From an uncultured delta proteobacterium (GTDB lineage Bacteria; Myxococcota; UBA727; VGSZ01), in contig CAVZJB010000018.1 in the NCBI GenBank assembly GCA_963775425.1, forward strand, positions 96,001 through 160,000: 64,000 nucleotides of DNA. Direction: 5' to 3'. Position 1 is the stretch's first letter, and every line of letters starts with the position of its first letter. Positions 15,926 through 27,313 of this stretch are shown here, in pieces. A program made the position numbers and the translations under genes. Below the pieces are notes generated by a model. That model made no database searches and was not told where the DNA came from. It saw only the letters and a program-made list of their open reading frames with translations.

Positions 15926-16132
15926 AAGGTGCGCACGCTGGCGGGGGATCCTCCCAGGATCGGAGGCCGGCGCCGGATGACGGACAAAAACATCCACCGC
16001 CTGACGGTGGGAGTGACCGCGGGCGCGCCTCGGCGCCGGCGGAGGTCCGTCATCGGGCGGAGCCGGCGTTTGGCGGTGCGCCGGATCTGCGGCGTCGTCA
16101 TCACCCTGCGCGCGCCCGCCGCGGGGTGACGC

Positions 16133-17555
16133 TCAAGCGCGCAGCTTGTCCGCGAGCAGCCGGTTGACGGAGGCGGGGTCCGCCTTGCCCCCCGTCTTGT
16201 TCATCACCTGGCCGACGAAGAAGCCGGCGACCTTCCGCTTGCCGTCCTTGAGCTTCTTCCACTCGGCCGGGTTTTCGCGCACCGCCTCGTCGAGGGCGGC
16301 GGCGATGGCGCCCTCGTCCTTCACCACGCGCCAGCCCTTGTCCTCGACGATGCGCGCCGGGTCGGTGCCGCGCCCGCCCGCGATCTCGGCGAAGACGTCC
16401 TTCGCGATCTTGCCGCTGATGACGCCGTCGTCGACGAGCTTCACGAGCCCCGCCAACGCCGCCCCCGTGATCAGGGGCGCCCGCTCGCCGAGCCCGCCGA
16501 TCACGCGCTCCGGCGCCTCCAGCGCCAGCACCTCGTTCACGATCCAGTTCGCGATGGCCTTGGCGTTGTCGTGTGCCACCAGCGCCTCGTCGAAGAGCGC
16601 CGCCGCCTCCGCCGACACCAGGGCCGCGTCCTGCGCCGACAGTCCGAGCGCCTCGTAGCGCGCCTGCCGCGCCGCCGGCAGCTCCGGCATCTCGCCCTTG
16701 ATGCGCTCGATCTCGGCGTCGTCGATGACGAGGGGCGGCAGGTCGGGGTCGGGGAAGTAGCGGTAGTCGTGCGCCTCTTCCTTGCTGCGCATCGCGCGCG
16801 ACTCGCGCTTGTCCGCGTCCCACAGGCGCGTCTCGAGGACGACGGCGCGGCCGGCCTCGCGCTCGCGCACCTGCCGGATGAATTCGTGCTCGACGGCGGC
16901 GGCGACGAAGCGCGGCGAGTTGATGTTCTTGAGCTCCACGCGCTGGCCGAGCGCGGCGTCGCCCCTCTTGCGCACGCTGACGTTGGCGTCGGCGCGCATG
17001 GAGCCCTCCTGCAGGTTGCCGTCGCAGATGCCGAGGGCCATCACGAGGGTGCGCAGCGTGCGAAACAGCGCCGCGGCCTCGTCGCCCGAGCGCAGGTCGG
17101 GCTCGGTGACCACCTCGAGCAGCGGGGTGCCGGCGCGGTTGTAGTCGATGTAGCTGTGGTCGGTGCCCTCGACGTGCAGCGACTTGCCAGCGTCCTCCTC
17201 GAGGTGCGCGCGGGTGATGCGCACGCCGGCGAGGCTGCCGCCCTCGACGACGGGCTCCTCGTACTGCGAGATTCTGATAGCCCTTGGGCAGGTCCGGATA
17301 GAAGTAGTGCTTGCGGGCGAACGTGCTCCTTTTGCGGATGCGCGCGCCGAGCGCGAGCCCGAGGCGCACCGCGAATTCCACGGCGCGCGCGTTCACCACC
17401 GGCAGCGTCCCGGGCAGCCCGACGTCGACGATGTCCACGTCTTCGTTGGGCGGCTGGCCGAAGCGCACGGGCGCCGGCGAAAACAGCTTGGTCTTCGTGG
17501 CGAGCTGCACGTGGCACTCGAGGCCGACGACGACCTCCCACTCCTCGAGGCTCAT
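16133..17555 (-). CDS. gatB: Asp/Glu-tRNA amidotransferase subunit B with a 1-bp frameshift near 17272
   Basis: [11 protein letters not shown]...[14 protein letters not shown] in one frame, then [43 protein letters not shown] in another; total length 3n+1. Confidence 0.93.
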
Positions 17556-18367
17556 CAGTGAAAGCCCTGGGCCACGAGCGCGTCGAGCAGCGCGCGCTCG
17601 GTGACGCCGCAGGGGACGCCGTGGTTGTTGCAGGCGACGACCTGGATGTCGCGGCCGAGGCGGCCCTTGAGGTCGGCGACGAAGGCGTCGACGTCGGCGT
17701 CGTCGAGCTGGGGGTTGCCCGCGATGATGACGTCGAAGCTGGTGTTCTCGCTCTCGCGGGGCGTGAGGTCGACGAGGTTTGCGAGCGCGCTGATGTCGGT
17801 GAGGGCGGTGTTGTCGACGATGGCGAGGCCCTTTTGCACGCTGGTGACGCTCTGGAGGCCGTCGAGGCTCGTGACGTTCTCGGTGTCGCCGATGCCGAGG
17901 CCGTCGCCGGTGCGCTGCAGATCGCGGAAGTCGCAGAGGTCGGGGATGTCGACGTTGTCGGGGCCCTGCTTGAAGGTGCGCACCTGGCCCGTGGTGGAGC
18001 GGACGTCCTGGATGAAGGCGAGGTCCTCGGTGCCGCCGATCTCGATCTCGGGCTTGTCCTCGTCCTTGCCCTTGCGCCCGGGCGGGTGCGTGACGGGCGT
18101 GGCGGCGTCGCAGGCGCCGAAGGACGCGAGCGGCGCGCACTTGCCCTTGGCGGCGCCGACGGAGTCGGGCACGCAGACGTGCTCGACGTCGCAGTGCCCG
18201 TCGGCGACGGCGCACACCGCCCCGATGCCGGGCAGGGGGTCCGTGGGCGCGATGCCGCAGCCCCCGGCGAAGACGATGACGACGGCGGCGATCGCGACGG
18301 CGGCGCCGACGACGGGTGCGACGCCGTCGACGGCGCCCGCCCCCTTCGAAGCCGGAGCGCGGCTCAC
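17555..18367 (-). CDS. Putative lipoprotein with Cys-rich N-terminus and receptor-L-domain-like repeats
   Basis: Hydrophobic stretch + FAGGC lipobox; [34 protein letters not shown] repeats; coupled to neighbours. Confidence 0.7.
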   Translation of the reverse strand: MSRAPASKGAGAVDGVAPVVGAAVAIAAVVIVFAGGCGIAPTDPLPGIGAVCAVADGHCDVEHVCVPDSVGAAKGKCAPLASFGACDAATPVTHPPGRKGKDEDKPEIEIGGTEDLAFIQDVRSTTGQVRTFKQGPDNVDIPDLCDFRDLQRTGDGLGIGDTENVTSLDGLQSVTSVQKGLAIVDNTALTDISALANLVDLTPRESENTSFDVIIAGNPQLDDADVDAFVADLKGRLGRDIQVVACNNHGVPCGVTERALLDALVAQGFH

Positions 18368-19215
18368 TCCGCCTCCGGGAGCAAGAAGCCCGCGGCGAGC
18401 GCGCCGCCGCCGAGGACGGCGACGAGGACGCCGCCGGCGACCGCGAAGCGGCCGATGTTGTTGTAGGCGTCGCGCGCGTCGAGCGCGTCCTTGTGCACCT
18501 GGGCCGCCTTCGCGAGCGCGGCGTCGGTGCCGTCGAACGCGGTGGTGAGGTCGCGCAGCTCGTCCTTCTTGGAACCGTAGACGAGGGCGGGCAGCACGCC
18601 GAGCGCGGCGCCGGCGACGCCGACGGCCGCGCCCACGCCGCCGCCGACCTCGAGGCCGAAGCGCAGGGTGTCGTTGACGGCGAGCGCGGGCTTGTCCGGC
18701 GCGGCCTTCTTCGGCGCCTTGACCTCGACGGGTTTTCCGCCCGTGGCCTTCTCGAGGATGTCGTCGAGGGCGGGGCCGATCTTGTCCGGGAGCTCAGCGA
18801 GGCTCCAGCCCTGCACGCTCGCGCGTCCCTCGCCGCTCGCCACGCGGGCGTCGAAGAGCTGGAGCGCGACGACGATGACGCCGTCGAGCTTCCCCGCGTG
18901 CGTGGACAGGACGAAGTCGGCGCCCATCGCGCCCGCGATCTCCGCGAGGCACGAGGTGCTCCCCTGGTCGCAGCCCATCTGCTGCTTGTCCGCTTCGAGC
19001 GCGGCCATGTCCCGGATGTCCGTCGCCGACGTCACGTCGAGCGTCGGGAAGCGCGCCGCCCGCGCCGCGATGAACGTCGTCAGCGTCTCGGCCTGGCTCT
19101 CTTCGAGGTCCGGCGCGTTGACGTCGAGCACCAGCAGCTTCCAGCGTGCGACGGGGGCGTCGGCGCGCGCTGCCGGGGCGAGCGCGAGGACGACGAGGAG
19201 GGCGAGGGAGCGCAC
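18364..19215 (-). CDS. Exported protein with TolB-N/CsgG-like domain and C-terminal membrane helices
   Basis: Signal peptide; [22 protein letters not shown] motif similar to that of the PEGA protein at 49-50 kb; two hydrophobic C-terminal segments. Confidence 0.75.
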   Translation of the reverse strand: MRSLALLVVLALAPAARADAPVARWKLLVLDVNAPDLEESQAETLTTFIAARAARFPTLDVTSATDIRDMAALEADKQQMGCDQGSTSCLAEIAGAMGADFVLSTHAGKLDGVIVVALQLFDARVASGEGRASVQGWSLAELPDKIGPALDDILEKATGGKPVEVKAPKKAAPDKPALAVNDTLRFGLEVGGGVGAAVGVAGAALGVLPALVYGSKKDELRDLTTAFDGTDAALAKAAQVHKDALDARDAYNNIGRFAVAGGVLVAVLGGGALAAGFLLPEAE

Positions 19216-19422
19216 GCCCCGTTCCTAGCGGCACCGGTGCCGGCTGCCAACGGACCCCCAAAGGACTGGTCCGCGCCGCCTGGTCCGGCGGCGAGGCCCT
19301 TCCCTGCGGGCGCCCCTGGTCTTCTTCGCGCCGAGAGTGGGCGCAAGAACGCCGGAAAGGTGCCGGTGGCGGGCGCCCTGCGGGAAGGACCTCGCCGCCG
19401 TCCCGGCCGGCGGCGCTCCTTC
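18550..19422. repeat. ~870-bp direct repeat copy 1 (copy 2 at 32874-33744)
   Basis: Near-identical coding sequence and similar upstream region, with scattered substitutions and small indels. Confidence 0.9.
19287..19399. repeat. Hairpin repeat family A, copy 1 (others at 33613-33721 and inverted partial 38900-38988)
   Basis: 29-nt imperfect inverted arms GGCGGCGAGGCCCTTCCCTGCGGGCGCCC (19287-19315)/GGGCGCCCTGCGGGAAGGACCTCGCCGCC (19371-19399). Confidence 0.75.
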
Positions 19423-19641
19423 ACGAAGCACGAACGAGCTCGTCGTCGTCCCCGACTGTACGGACCGCGCGCGCCTTGGCCTGCGACTCCGCCTCTCCTC
19501 GCGCCACGCGTACAAGGGGCACCTCACGGAAATCCTCGACCAGACCACAGCGCGTGGCGCTGCGGGAGCCTCCGCCGCCGGCCTGCGGCGCGCGCTCCCC
19601 CGGCCAAGGTGGGGGACGCTGCGACGACCGCTGACCGAAAT

Positions 19642-22600
19642 TGCCTGTCATCGAGCTCGCATGTCTGCAAGCTCGCGTACTTCAACTACGCGTCGACGCC
19701 CTGGGAGCTCACGTACGTCCAACGGCCGTTGGTGACCACGAGCGGGAGCGTGCAAATCCGCCCGATCGCGAGCTACACCTGGGATACGTCCGGAAACGTG
19801 GCGACCCACTCGTGGGACCGGCACACGGTCTCCTCGTCGAGCACGCCCTGGTCTTCGTCGATGACTTTCACCGTGAACGGCACGAGCCGGGACTTCGACC
19901 TGGATGCCGCCGGCAACGTGACCGGATGCGCCACGGGCTCATGCGGCATCGACGGCGCGTACGACACGACCTCGGACGGCTACACCCTCGGAAGAACGGC
20001 GAGGCTCGACGTTGACGGCGTCTGGCACTCCGCGGACTACGCAGATGCGTCGGTGGTCACGCGCGGCCCCGTCCTCGTGTGCGAGCTCGTGCCCGACCAG
20101 ACCATGGTGGACCCGCCGACCTGCTCGCTGAGCGGCGACGTGGCGACTTGGGACACGCACACGACGCTGCGCAGCATCGAGCGCAGGTACTACGACTCGC
20201 TGGGCCGCCTCCGGGCGAGCGCGAAATACGACGTCGACGATCCGCTCACCACAACCGGCTCGGTCACGTTTCCCCACCAAGACGACCTCGACGCCGACGC
20301 CAACCCGTTCGCGGCCGGAGAGGCGCCCGAGGACGGCTGCGACACACTGACGACGAGCTTCACGGGCGGCTACTTCGACGTCACCTCGTACGACTACGAC
20401 AGCGACGGGGACGGCCTCACCGGAAACACCAACGAGGGCTCGAGCTCGACGAGCCTCTTCACGGCCCTCCCCGACATGCTCGTCACCCGTGTCACGCGCG
20501 CGGCGCAGTCGTCCGACGACACGACCCAGCGCACCTCCTGCATCGTCTACGAGCGCGCCGAAGACTCGAACAGCAACACCGGTCGAGGTGCGATCACCGG
20601 CATTCGCCGCTACGGCGACGATGGCGCGCTCGTGGCGTACACCGATCTGTCGCATGTGTTCCCGGTGACCTCGGGGGAGACGTACGAGAACGACCGCCTC
20701 TCGGAGATCGTGGCGTATCGCGACACCACGACCAGTCCGGCCAGCGAGTCGCGCGTCGACTGGCAAGCCTGCTCGAGCGATGCCTACGACGAGGTCGACG
20801 GCCACGCGATCTGTTGGGAGGTGCCGCAAGACACCGGGGATCCGATCTCGTTCAGCGAGACCATCACGGCAACGTCGGACACGGAGCCCTACGAGCTTCG
20901 CCGCGTGATGACGGTGAGCGGTGGTGGCACGACGTCCACGAGCTATGCGAACGAGCTCGCGTGGGGCCCGGCCTACGAGCGCGGCGTCGGCGACGGCGTG
21001 TCCGACTCGATCCCCGAGGGGAATTTCGTGCGCTACCCGCGGGACGGCACTTCTTGGGACGCCACCAAGGCGCTCGCCGTCGTGGGCGAGGAGCACTACG
21101 ACTCGACGGGGACACTGCTGTGGAAGACCGTGAGCACACGGAACAGCGGCAAGGATCCCTACGGCCGTGTGACGAACCGGCAGGTGCTGAACGGCACGGG
21201 CCTGGTCTTGCGCTCGAGCCGCGACCGAAACCTCGACACCGGCGCCGCTGGACAAGACCGCGTGAGCTCGGTGGACGACGAAGTCCGGTCGAGCCCTTTC
21301 AGCGAGGTGACGACCAGCTACGCGTACGTGGCCGACAACGATGACCGCCTCGACTACGTCACGGAGGCGGACGGCGACGTCGAGGTGAACACGTATGGCG
21401 AGACTGGCAACGAGACCGGCCGCCTCATCGAGGTGGCGCGTGGCACGAGCGTCTCGGGCGCGGACCCCGTGCAGGACTTCACACACACGCAAGACGGCCT
21501 CCTCTCCGAGAACTACAACTCGCAGCATTCGCAGACCACGCCCGCGTCGACCTACACCTATGACGCGCTGCGAAGACTGATCGCCGAGGACCGCTCGTCG
21601 GCGGGGCAGAGCGTGGAGTACGCGTACCTCGACGCCGGCCACGTCTCCGAGCGGATCGTCAAGGACAACAGCGGCACGATCCGCGCGGACATCTTGACCG
21701 GCTACGACGGGCTGGGCAGGCCCGTCATCGTGGAGGACGGGCTGACCGCGGCGACGCTGCGGGTCTACAAGTGGGACGAGAAGGACAACTCGACCTACGA
21801 GAGCGCGTCGCCTCCCGGCAAGTCGTACACCCTCGATAGCGAGTTCAACCGCGGCCGGCTGGCATACGTGGAGGACGTGCAAGACGGCAACGCGACGTTC
21901 TACCGGTATGACGCTCTTGGCCGGGTGATCAGCGTCGTCCAACACGACGGCCCGCTGTCGTCGTTCAGCGCGTCGAACCTCGTGCCGATCGACTTCTCCT
22001 ACAACGACTCCGGAACGCAGGAGCTCGCCTCGATCACGTATCCTTCGGGCATGGTCGCGACGTACAGCTACGGGAACGACAAGGAGCGGCCGACCGGGGT
22101 CTCCACGTCGCAGGGGGGCTTCAGCCTGACGAACGCCACGTACGAGCCCTCGGGCGCGGTCTCTGGCTGGTATTGGCAGGGGTACTCGTCGAACGCGCGA
22201 ACCATCACGCGGGACCTCCTCGGCCGCACGGCGGAGATCCTGGACAAGTACGCGGGCTCGACGTGGTCAGACGTGAAGTACTACACGACCTACGTCGGCG
22301 ACGGCTATGATGGCGACGGAGACTTGGTCAAGGAGCGCGACGTGTCGTCATCGGACACCTGGCTCAGCCACACGACGAGCGGCAATATGACCCGCAGCTA
22401 CGTCTACAAGGACGTCAGGGATCTGCTGAGCTCCTGGGTCGACGATGGGACGACAGAGACAATCAGCTACGCGGCAGACGGGACGAAGGCGAGCGACTCA
22501 CATGGGTCCTACAGCTACGACTCGACCGACTGGGAGCGCGTGGCGGGCCGCACCGGCGGAAGCATCTCTGCTTCGCTCGACTACACGTGGGACGGGTCCA

Positions 22601-23336
22601 CGGGCGACGTCGCCGGGCTCTTGCGCAGCATCACGTGGTCCGGCGGAATGAGCGGAACGACGACCTTCGGCTATGGCCCGGAGCTCGAGACGACGACGGT
22701 GACGACGTCTGCGGGGACGTATACATCCTCGTACGACGCCGTGAAGAGGCGCGTGGAGCTCCTTGGGCCAACCGGCGCCGTCCAACGCTTCCGATATGGC
22801 GCCGGCAGGCTCCCGCTCGAGGAGACGCTTGCGTCGGGCACCCTGCTGTGGACGCTCGACAACGTCATGTTGGGCAGCGCGCCCGTGGCCCAAGTCGCGA
22901 AGCTGGTCTACGGGACGACGTATGGCCCGACCGCGTACCACCTGCACACGGATAGGATGGGGCTCGTCCGGAAGATCTCGTCGACGAGCGGCGCGCACAT
23001 GCAGCGCTTCATCTCCGACGCTTGGGGCAGCTCTAACTACTCCGGTGCCGACAAGATCACCGATGCCAGCGCGACGCCGAACCCCCTGTGGAACTGGCGA
23101 TACCCTGGGCAGTACGTCGACGCCGGCGGCGTCTACAACGAAGGCTGGCGCGACTACATCCCCGAACTCGGACAGTTCACCGGACCCGACCCGAGCGCGA
23201 TGGGCACCGCGTACCAGCACTTCGGCGCGCAAGCGTTCAGCTACGGGGCGGGCAGGCCGTTCGAAAACGTCGACCCGGATGGGCGTCTTCTGAATAGCGT
23301 CATCGTCGAAGTCGCCGATTCAACCTATAACGAGCC
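19642..23336 (+). pseudogene. Rhs/YD-repeat protein; N-terminus decayed, C-terminal toxin interrupted by IS
   Basis: YYDSLGRL, YTYDALRRL, YDGLGRP, YRYDALGRV repeats; core end HLHTDRMG...RYPGQY...RDYIPELGQFTGPDP...RPFENVDPDG; no clean start codon (start approximate). Confidence 0.85.
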
Positions 23337-24940
23337 CGAGGCGGATCCGATCCTGAGCTTGTCGATCGGGCGGCGTGAGGACGCCGGGCCGGCGGTTTCA
23401 GCTTGAGGCAGTTGGTCGCGAGGATCACGCTTATCGGCGAGGTGATCATGCCGCAGTCGAAGAAGCCAAGGAAGGCGCCCCCCACGAAGAAGCCGGTGCG
23501 TGGAAGGCCAGCGATGAGCCCGGAGCGCGCGAAGCTCGTCGACGACATGGTGGAGAAACTGCGGCGCGCCCGCCAGGAGCGCGTGGGGCCGAACGCGACG
23601 TTCGAGCAGCGACGCGACGCTGACTACGAAATCATGAGGGACGCCTTGTGGAAGGCGGAGGACGACGACCTGCGCGAGTTGGTGACGAACGGAGAGGAAG
23701 TCGACGTCGATGGCAAGAAGTTCCGCCGACTTGAGCAGGCCTCGTCGGCGACGTACTTCGGCCGCTTCGGCGCGCATCACATCGAGGAGGCGCTCTATCG
23801 CGCGGTCGGCGTGCACAACGGTCCGACGATCAAGCCGATCGAGCTCCGCGTCGGTATCGTCGAGCAGATGACGCCGGACATGGCGCGCGTCGTCGGTCGC
23901 TTGACCGCGGATCACAACAGCCGCGCGTTGGACCGGACCCTCGTCGCCGTCGGCTACGTTCCACCGAGTCGCGCGTTCCTCCAAGACCACGTGACCCGCA
24001 TCGGCGTCGAGGTCGCAGATGCCGCCGCGGAGCTCGAACAGGCCTCGCGCGACGACGAGGGACCGCCGCGCGGCGTCGCGTCGGTGAGCTGCGGCCTGGA
24101 CCGAATGGCGGTGCGCATGAACGAGATCGTCGACGGCGCGGCGCGCACTCGCGCTGAGCCCTACGAGCGAGCGCCTCCACCGCCGAGCGAGCAGCACTAC
24201 CGCATGGCGTGGGTGGGCAGCACGACGGCCTACGACACGAAGGGCGACGAGCTGGGCACGTGGAGGTGCGCAGTCGAGGCCGACGCCGATCCTGCGCAAC
24301 TCGCCGACCGCGTCGCCGCCGACGTTGTGTGGCTCCTCGATGCCAACCCCCACGCGCGGGTGCACTGTGTTCAAGACGCGGCGCCGGAGCTGAGCGCGCT
24401 GCCCGAAGCCCTCAGCCGCGCGTTGCCGGTAGACGTCGAGGTCGTCGAGCTCGTCGACTTCGAGCACGTCGCCAGGTACCTCGACAACGTCGTCAACGCC
24501 TGCGACCCGGAGGACATTTACGACATGAAGTCGTGGTACCGGAGCGTGTTGCTCGACGACGACAAGGGCATCGACCGCATCCAACACAACCTCCGCCGCC
24601 AGGGCCGGCGGCTCCCCGACGACGATGACAGCGCCACCGCGCGCAAGGCCGTCGCGGCCGCGCTCAGCTACATGCGCGAGCGGAAGAACAAGATGCGATA
24701 CGCCTCGTACTACCGGCAGAACCTGCCGATCGGCAGCGGCGCGACGGAAAGCACGTGCTGGCAGATGCAGCAGCGCGTAAAGCTGCCGGGGCAGTCCTGG
24801 GTGCCCACGGGCCTGCGAGGCGTCCTCGCGATCCGCGCCCTCGTGCTCTCCGAGCGCTGGGATTCGGCGTGGAATCATTACGCGGCATTCCATCGTGCGG
24901 AGGTCAGCATTGCGCCATGATCAGGATCGCATCCGCCTTG
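23337..24940 (+). mobile_element. Complete 1604-bp IS (ISKra4/ISLre2-like, Mutator-related) with 20-bp terminal IRs and 9-bp target duplication
   Basis: Left end CGAGGCGGATCCGATCCTGA, right end (reverse complement) CAAGGCGGATGCGATCCTGA, 18/20; TAACGAGCC at 23328-23336 and 24941-24949. Confidence 0.92.
23448..24920 (+). CDS. ISKra4/ISLre2-like DDE transposase
   Basis: Motifs VQDAAPEL, LVDFEH, RYASYYRQNLPIGSGATES, RVKLPGQSW. Confidence 0.9.
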   Translation: MPQSKKPRKAPPTKKPVRGRPAMSPERAKLVDDMVEKLRRARQERVGPNATFEQRRDADYEIMRDALWKAEDDDLRELVTNGEEVDVDGKKFRRLEQASSATYFGRFGAHHIEEALYRAVGVHNGPTIKPIELRVGIVEQMTPDMARVVGRLTADHNSRALDRTLVAVGYVPPSRAFLQDHVTRIGVEVADAAAELEQASRDDEGPPRGVASVSCGLDRMAVRMNEIVDGAARTRAEPYERAPPPPSEQHYRMAWVGSTTAYDTKGDELGTWRCAVEADADPAQLADRVAADVVWLLDANPHARVHCVQDAAPELSALPEALSRALPVDVEVVELVDFEHVARYLDNVVNACDPEDIYDMKSWYRSVLLDDDKGIDRIQHNLRRQGRRLPDDDDSATARKAVAAALSYMRERKNKMRYASYYRQNLPIGSGATESTCWQMQQRVKLPGQSWVPTGLRGVLAIRALVLSERWDSAWNHYAAFHRAEVSIAP

Positions 24941-25046
24941 TAACGAGCCAGCGGGTTCATGGTGAGACGAGGTTTGGCACCCCAATCTGCTGGCAAGTAT
25001 GCACTAATGAGACCATCGGGTTTACCGGGACAGCGCGGAGGATCCG

Positions 25047-25841
25047 ATGATACTTCCGTTCCTAGTGATAGCTGTTGGTGCCGCCGCACCCGCGGGGTCG
25101 TACGACTGCCCGTGTTACCGGGCAGAGGTGGGAGTCTACTGCGCTACTAATGTCTATGATTTCTTCCTCAAAGGTAACGGGGACATCATTCCAGGCCATC
25201 TGGATGCGGAACGGCAACTGCGAACCATGTTTCACTCGTTTCCCGGCATCAGATACAGTGTGGATATCACTTTTCCAACGGAAGATACGACGTTCAGTGC
25301 TTCCTCAGAAGGATACTTCCGCTCACTTGGCATTGACACTGGCCTGGCAAGAAGATCAGTTGACCGATCTAGGCGCGAAATACTTGTTGCGGTGCGCGTG
25401 TTAGGCGACGTCTCAGAAGTCCTCGGCACTTCCAAGCAACACTTGGGGCGGCCACGTCCAATTGATGACGTGCCGAAGTGCACAACGTTGGCGGGACTTC
25501 TTGGCTACGAGCCAGACGCAATTTTAATCCCACTTGATAATTGTGCAAATGCCGACAAGGAATGCATTGTTGCGGCGCTCGACGGACGGGAGAATGACAT
25601 CGTTGCAAAAGCGGATCTCGGCCAAGTCGGCGTCCTGTTACGGGGGCCTGATGATCCTGACCTTGCAGACGTCGCTTACTCTGCGATAGAGGAGCGACTC
25701 GGCAATCACAAGAACGTGGTAGTATTGCCAAAAATGAGCGGCGATGCGAAATACATTGTTGTGGTGAAGCTCAAAACACGAACGACATCAGTGAAGCCCA
25801 GAAAGGCCTTCACCGAGACACCTAAGCCACCCTCACGATGA
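25047..25841 (+). CDS. Low-GC exported protein, candidate Rhs immunity protein
   Basis: Marked GC drop; signal-peptide-like MILPFLVIAVGAAAPA; directly follows the Rhs C-terminal remnant with ATGA overlap. Confidence 0.6.
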   Translation: MILPFLVIAVGAAAPAGSYDCPCYRAEVGVYCATNVYDFFLKGNGDIIPGHLDAERQLRTMFHSFPGIRYSVDITFPTEDTTFSASSEGYFRSLGIDTGLARRSVDRSRREILVAVRVLGDVSEVLGTSKQHLGRPRPIDDVPKCTTLAGLLGYEPDAILIPLDNCANADKECIVAALDGRENDIVAKADLGQVGVLLRGPDDPDLADVAYSAIEERLGNHKNVVVLPKMSGDAKYIVVVKLKTRTTSVKPRKAFTETPKPPSR

Positions 25842-25938
25842 ACATCGTGGGTACATGTTTACCGTCCGCGGCGGCGGATCAACGAGCGCCATCGATCGTC
25901 CGCCCGACCCGATCCCGGCTGTGATCGGCACGTCCTCT

Positions 25939-25974
25939 ACCCTCAAAAGCTCGCACGGCTCTTGCCGCAGCCTA
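25939..25974. repeat. 36-bp island repeat copy 1 (copy 2 at 28156-28191)
   Basis: ACCCTCAAAAGCTCGCACGGCTCTTGCCGCAGCCTA vs ACCCTCAGAAACTCGCACGGCTCGCGCCGCGGCCTA, 5 mismatches. Confidence 0.7.
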
Positions 25975-26119
25975 GTGTCCTGAGCGAGAAGTTCGTTCGC
26001 AATGGCGCCGCACACGATCGAGGATGAGATCGGCTGACGCGGTCCACACGAAGGGCTTTGGGTGTTCATCGCGCGCGGCGAGATATGCCTCGACCGCGCC
26101 TTCCAGCGCGTCGACGAAT
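25972..26119 (-). pseudogene. IS630-family transposase C-terminal remnant
   Basis: EAYLAARDEHPKPFVWTASADLILDRVRRHCERTSRSGH* typical IS630 C-terminus ending at a TA. Confidence 0.8.
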
Positions 26120-26415
26120 GGGTGTGGATCCCATCCTGAGCGGCGGCAAGCTTTCTGGGCGTAGAACGGGTTGAGCGAACACGGGGCAGAGCCCACCCTT
26201 CGGGTGCTTGAAGTCCAACTGGAGGGATGCCCCGTGAAGATGATCGTCGTGGAACTGCCCGCACACCACAAGGGCCTCGCCGACGCTGTTCGCGCCGCGT
26301 CGGCCGAACTGCTCAAGGCCGAGGAGCGCGTCGCGCTTGGCCGCTCGGTCGACCTCGTTCCCATCGAAGAGGCAGCGGCGGAGGCTGCGGCTCGCCTTGA
26401 ACGAGAGCTGCTCGC
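26120..26415 (+). mobile_element. Left-end remnant of a second ISKra4-like element
   Basis: GTGGATCCCATCCTGAG (26124-26140) matches the IR of the complete IS at 15/17; followed by truncated ORF MIVVELPAHHKGLADAV...EEAAAEAAARLERELL. Confidence 0.6.
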
Positions 26416-26421
26416 GTCGTC

Positions 26422-27300
26422 TCCGTCCACGACGTCACCCGCGCCGTGCTCGTCCGCCACCAGCGCTTCCTCTTCTACTTCCGAAAGAAGAACGGCAAGC
26501 CCATGAGCTTCTCGGCGCAGAAGGCGTCGCTGTTGGCCATCCGCAACTTCTTTCGCTGGCTCACCCGCGAAAACGTCATCCCCGCGAACCCCGCCGCCGA
26601 CCTGGAGCTGCCGCGGACCGGGCACAAGCTCCCCAGGCACGTGCTGTCCGTCGAGGAGGTGGAGGCCGTGATGCGCACCGTCGACCTCGAGCACGAGCAC
26701 GGCCTGCGCGACCGCGCCATCCTCGAGGTGCTCTACTCCACCGGCGTCCGCCGGCTCGAGCTGTGCGGGCTCAAGGTGTTCGACGTCGACGAGGACCGGG
26801 GCGTCCTCGCCGTGCGCCAGGGCAAGGGCAAGAAGGACCGCACAGTCCCCATCGGCGCCCGCGCCCTCGCCTGGGTGCGCAAGTACCTCGACGAGGCCCG
26901 GCCCCGCGTGGCCGTCGAGCCCGACGACGGCTGGCTGTTCCTGAACGAGCACGGCGAGGCCATCGGGCCCACCTGGCTGTCGCAGACCGTGAGCCAGCAC
27001 GTCGACGCCGCGAACCTCGACAAGCGCGGGAGCTGCCACCTCTTCCGCCACACCATGGCCACGCTGCTCCTCGAAGGCGGCGCCGACATCCGCTTCATCC
27101 AGGAGATGCTCGGCCACGCCTCGCTCGAGACGACGCAGATCTACACCCACGTCTCCATCGACAAGCTCAAGGCCGTCCACGCCATGGCCCACCCCGCCCA
27201 CCTCGACAGGCCCGCGAAGCCGCCGCCGCCGCCGGATGACGAACCCGCGGCGCGCGCCGATCTGCTCGCCGGCCTCGATGACGACGACGACGACAAGTGA
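26422..27300 (+). CDS. XerC/D-like tyrosine recombinase, probably 5'-truncated
   Basis: RDRAILEVLYSTGVRRLE, GKGKKDR, HLFRH, QEMLGH, TTQIYTHV: complete catalytic R-K-H-R-H-Y set. Confidence 0.88.
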   Translation, partial: SVHDVTRAVLVRHQRFLFYFRKKNGKPMSFSAQKASLLAIRNFFRWLTRENVIPANPAADLELPRTGHKLPRHVLSVEEVEAVMRTVDLEHEHGLRDRAILEVLYSTGVRRLELCGLKVFDVDEDRGVLAVRQGKGKKDRTVPIGARALAWVRKYLDEARPRVAVEPDDGWLFLNEHGEAIGPTWLSQTVSQHVDAANLDKRGSCHLFRHTMATLLLEGGADIRFIQEMLGHASLETTQIYTHVSIDKLKAVHAMAHPAHLDRPAKPPPPPDDEPAARADLLAGLDDDDDDK

Positions 27301-27313
27301 CGAAGAGGACGTT

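Noticed and set aside
17261-17282. Programmed frameshifting in gatB
   Set aside because: No slippery heptamer or homopolymer run; a sequencing error is simpler
18316-19641. N-terminal ~440 aa of the 1696-aa Rhs ORF
   Set aside because: Antisense to a real gene and across a hairpin repeat; Rhs-like sequence starts only near 19640
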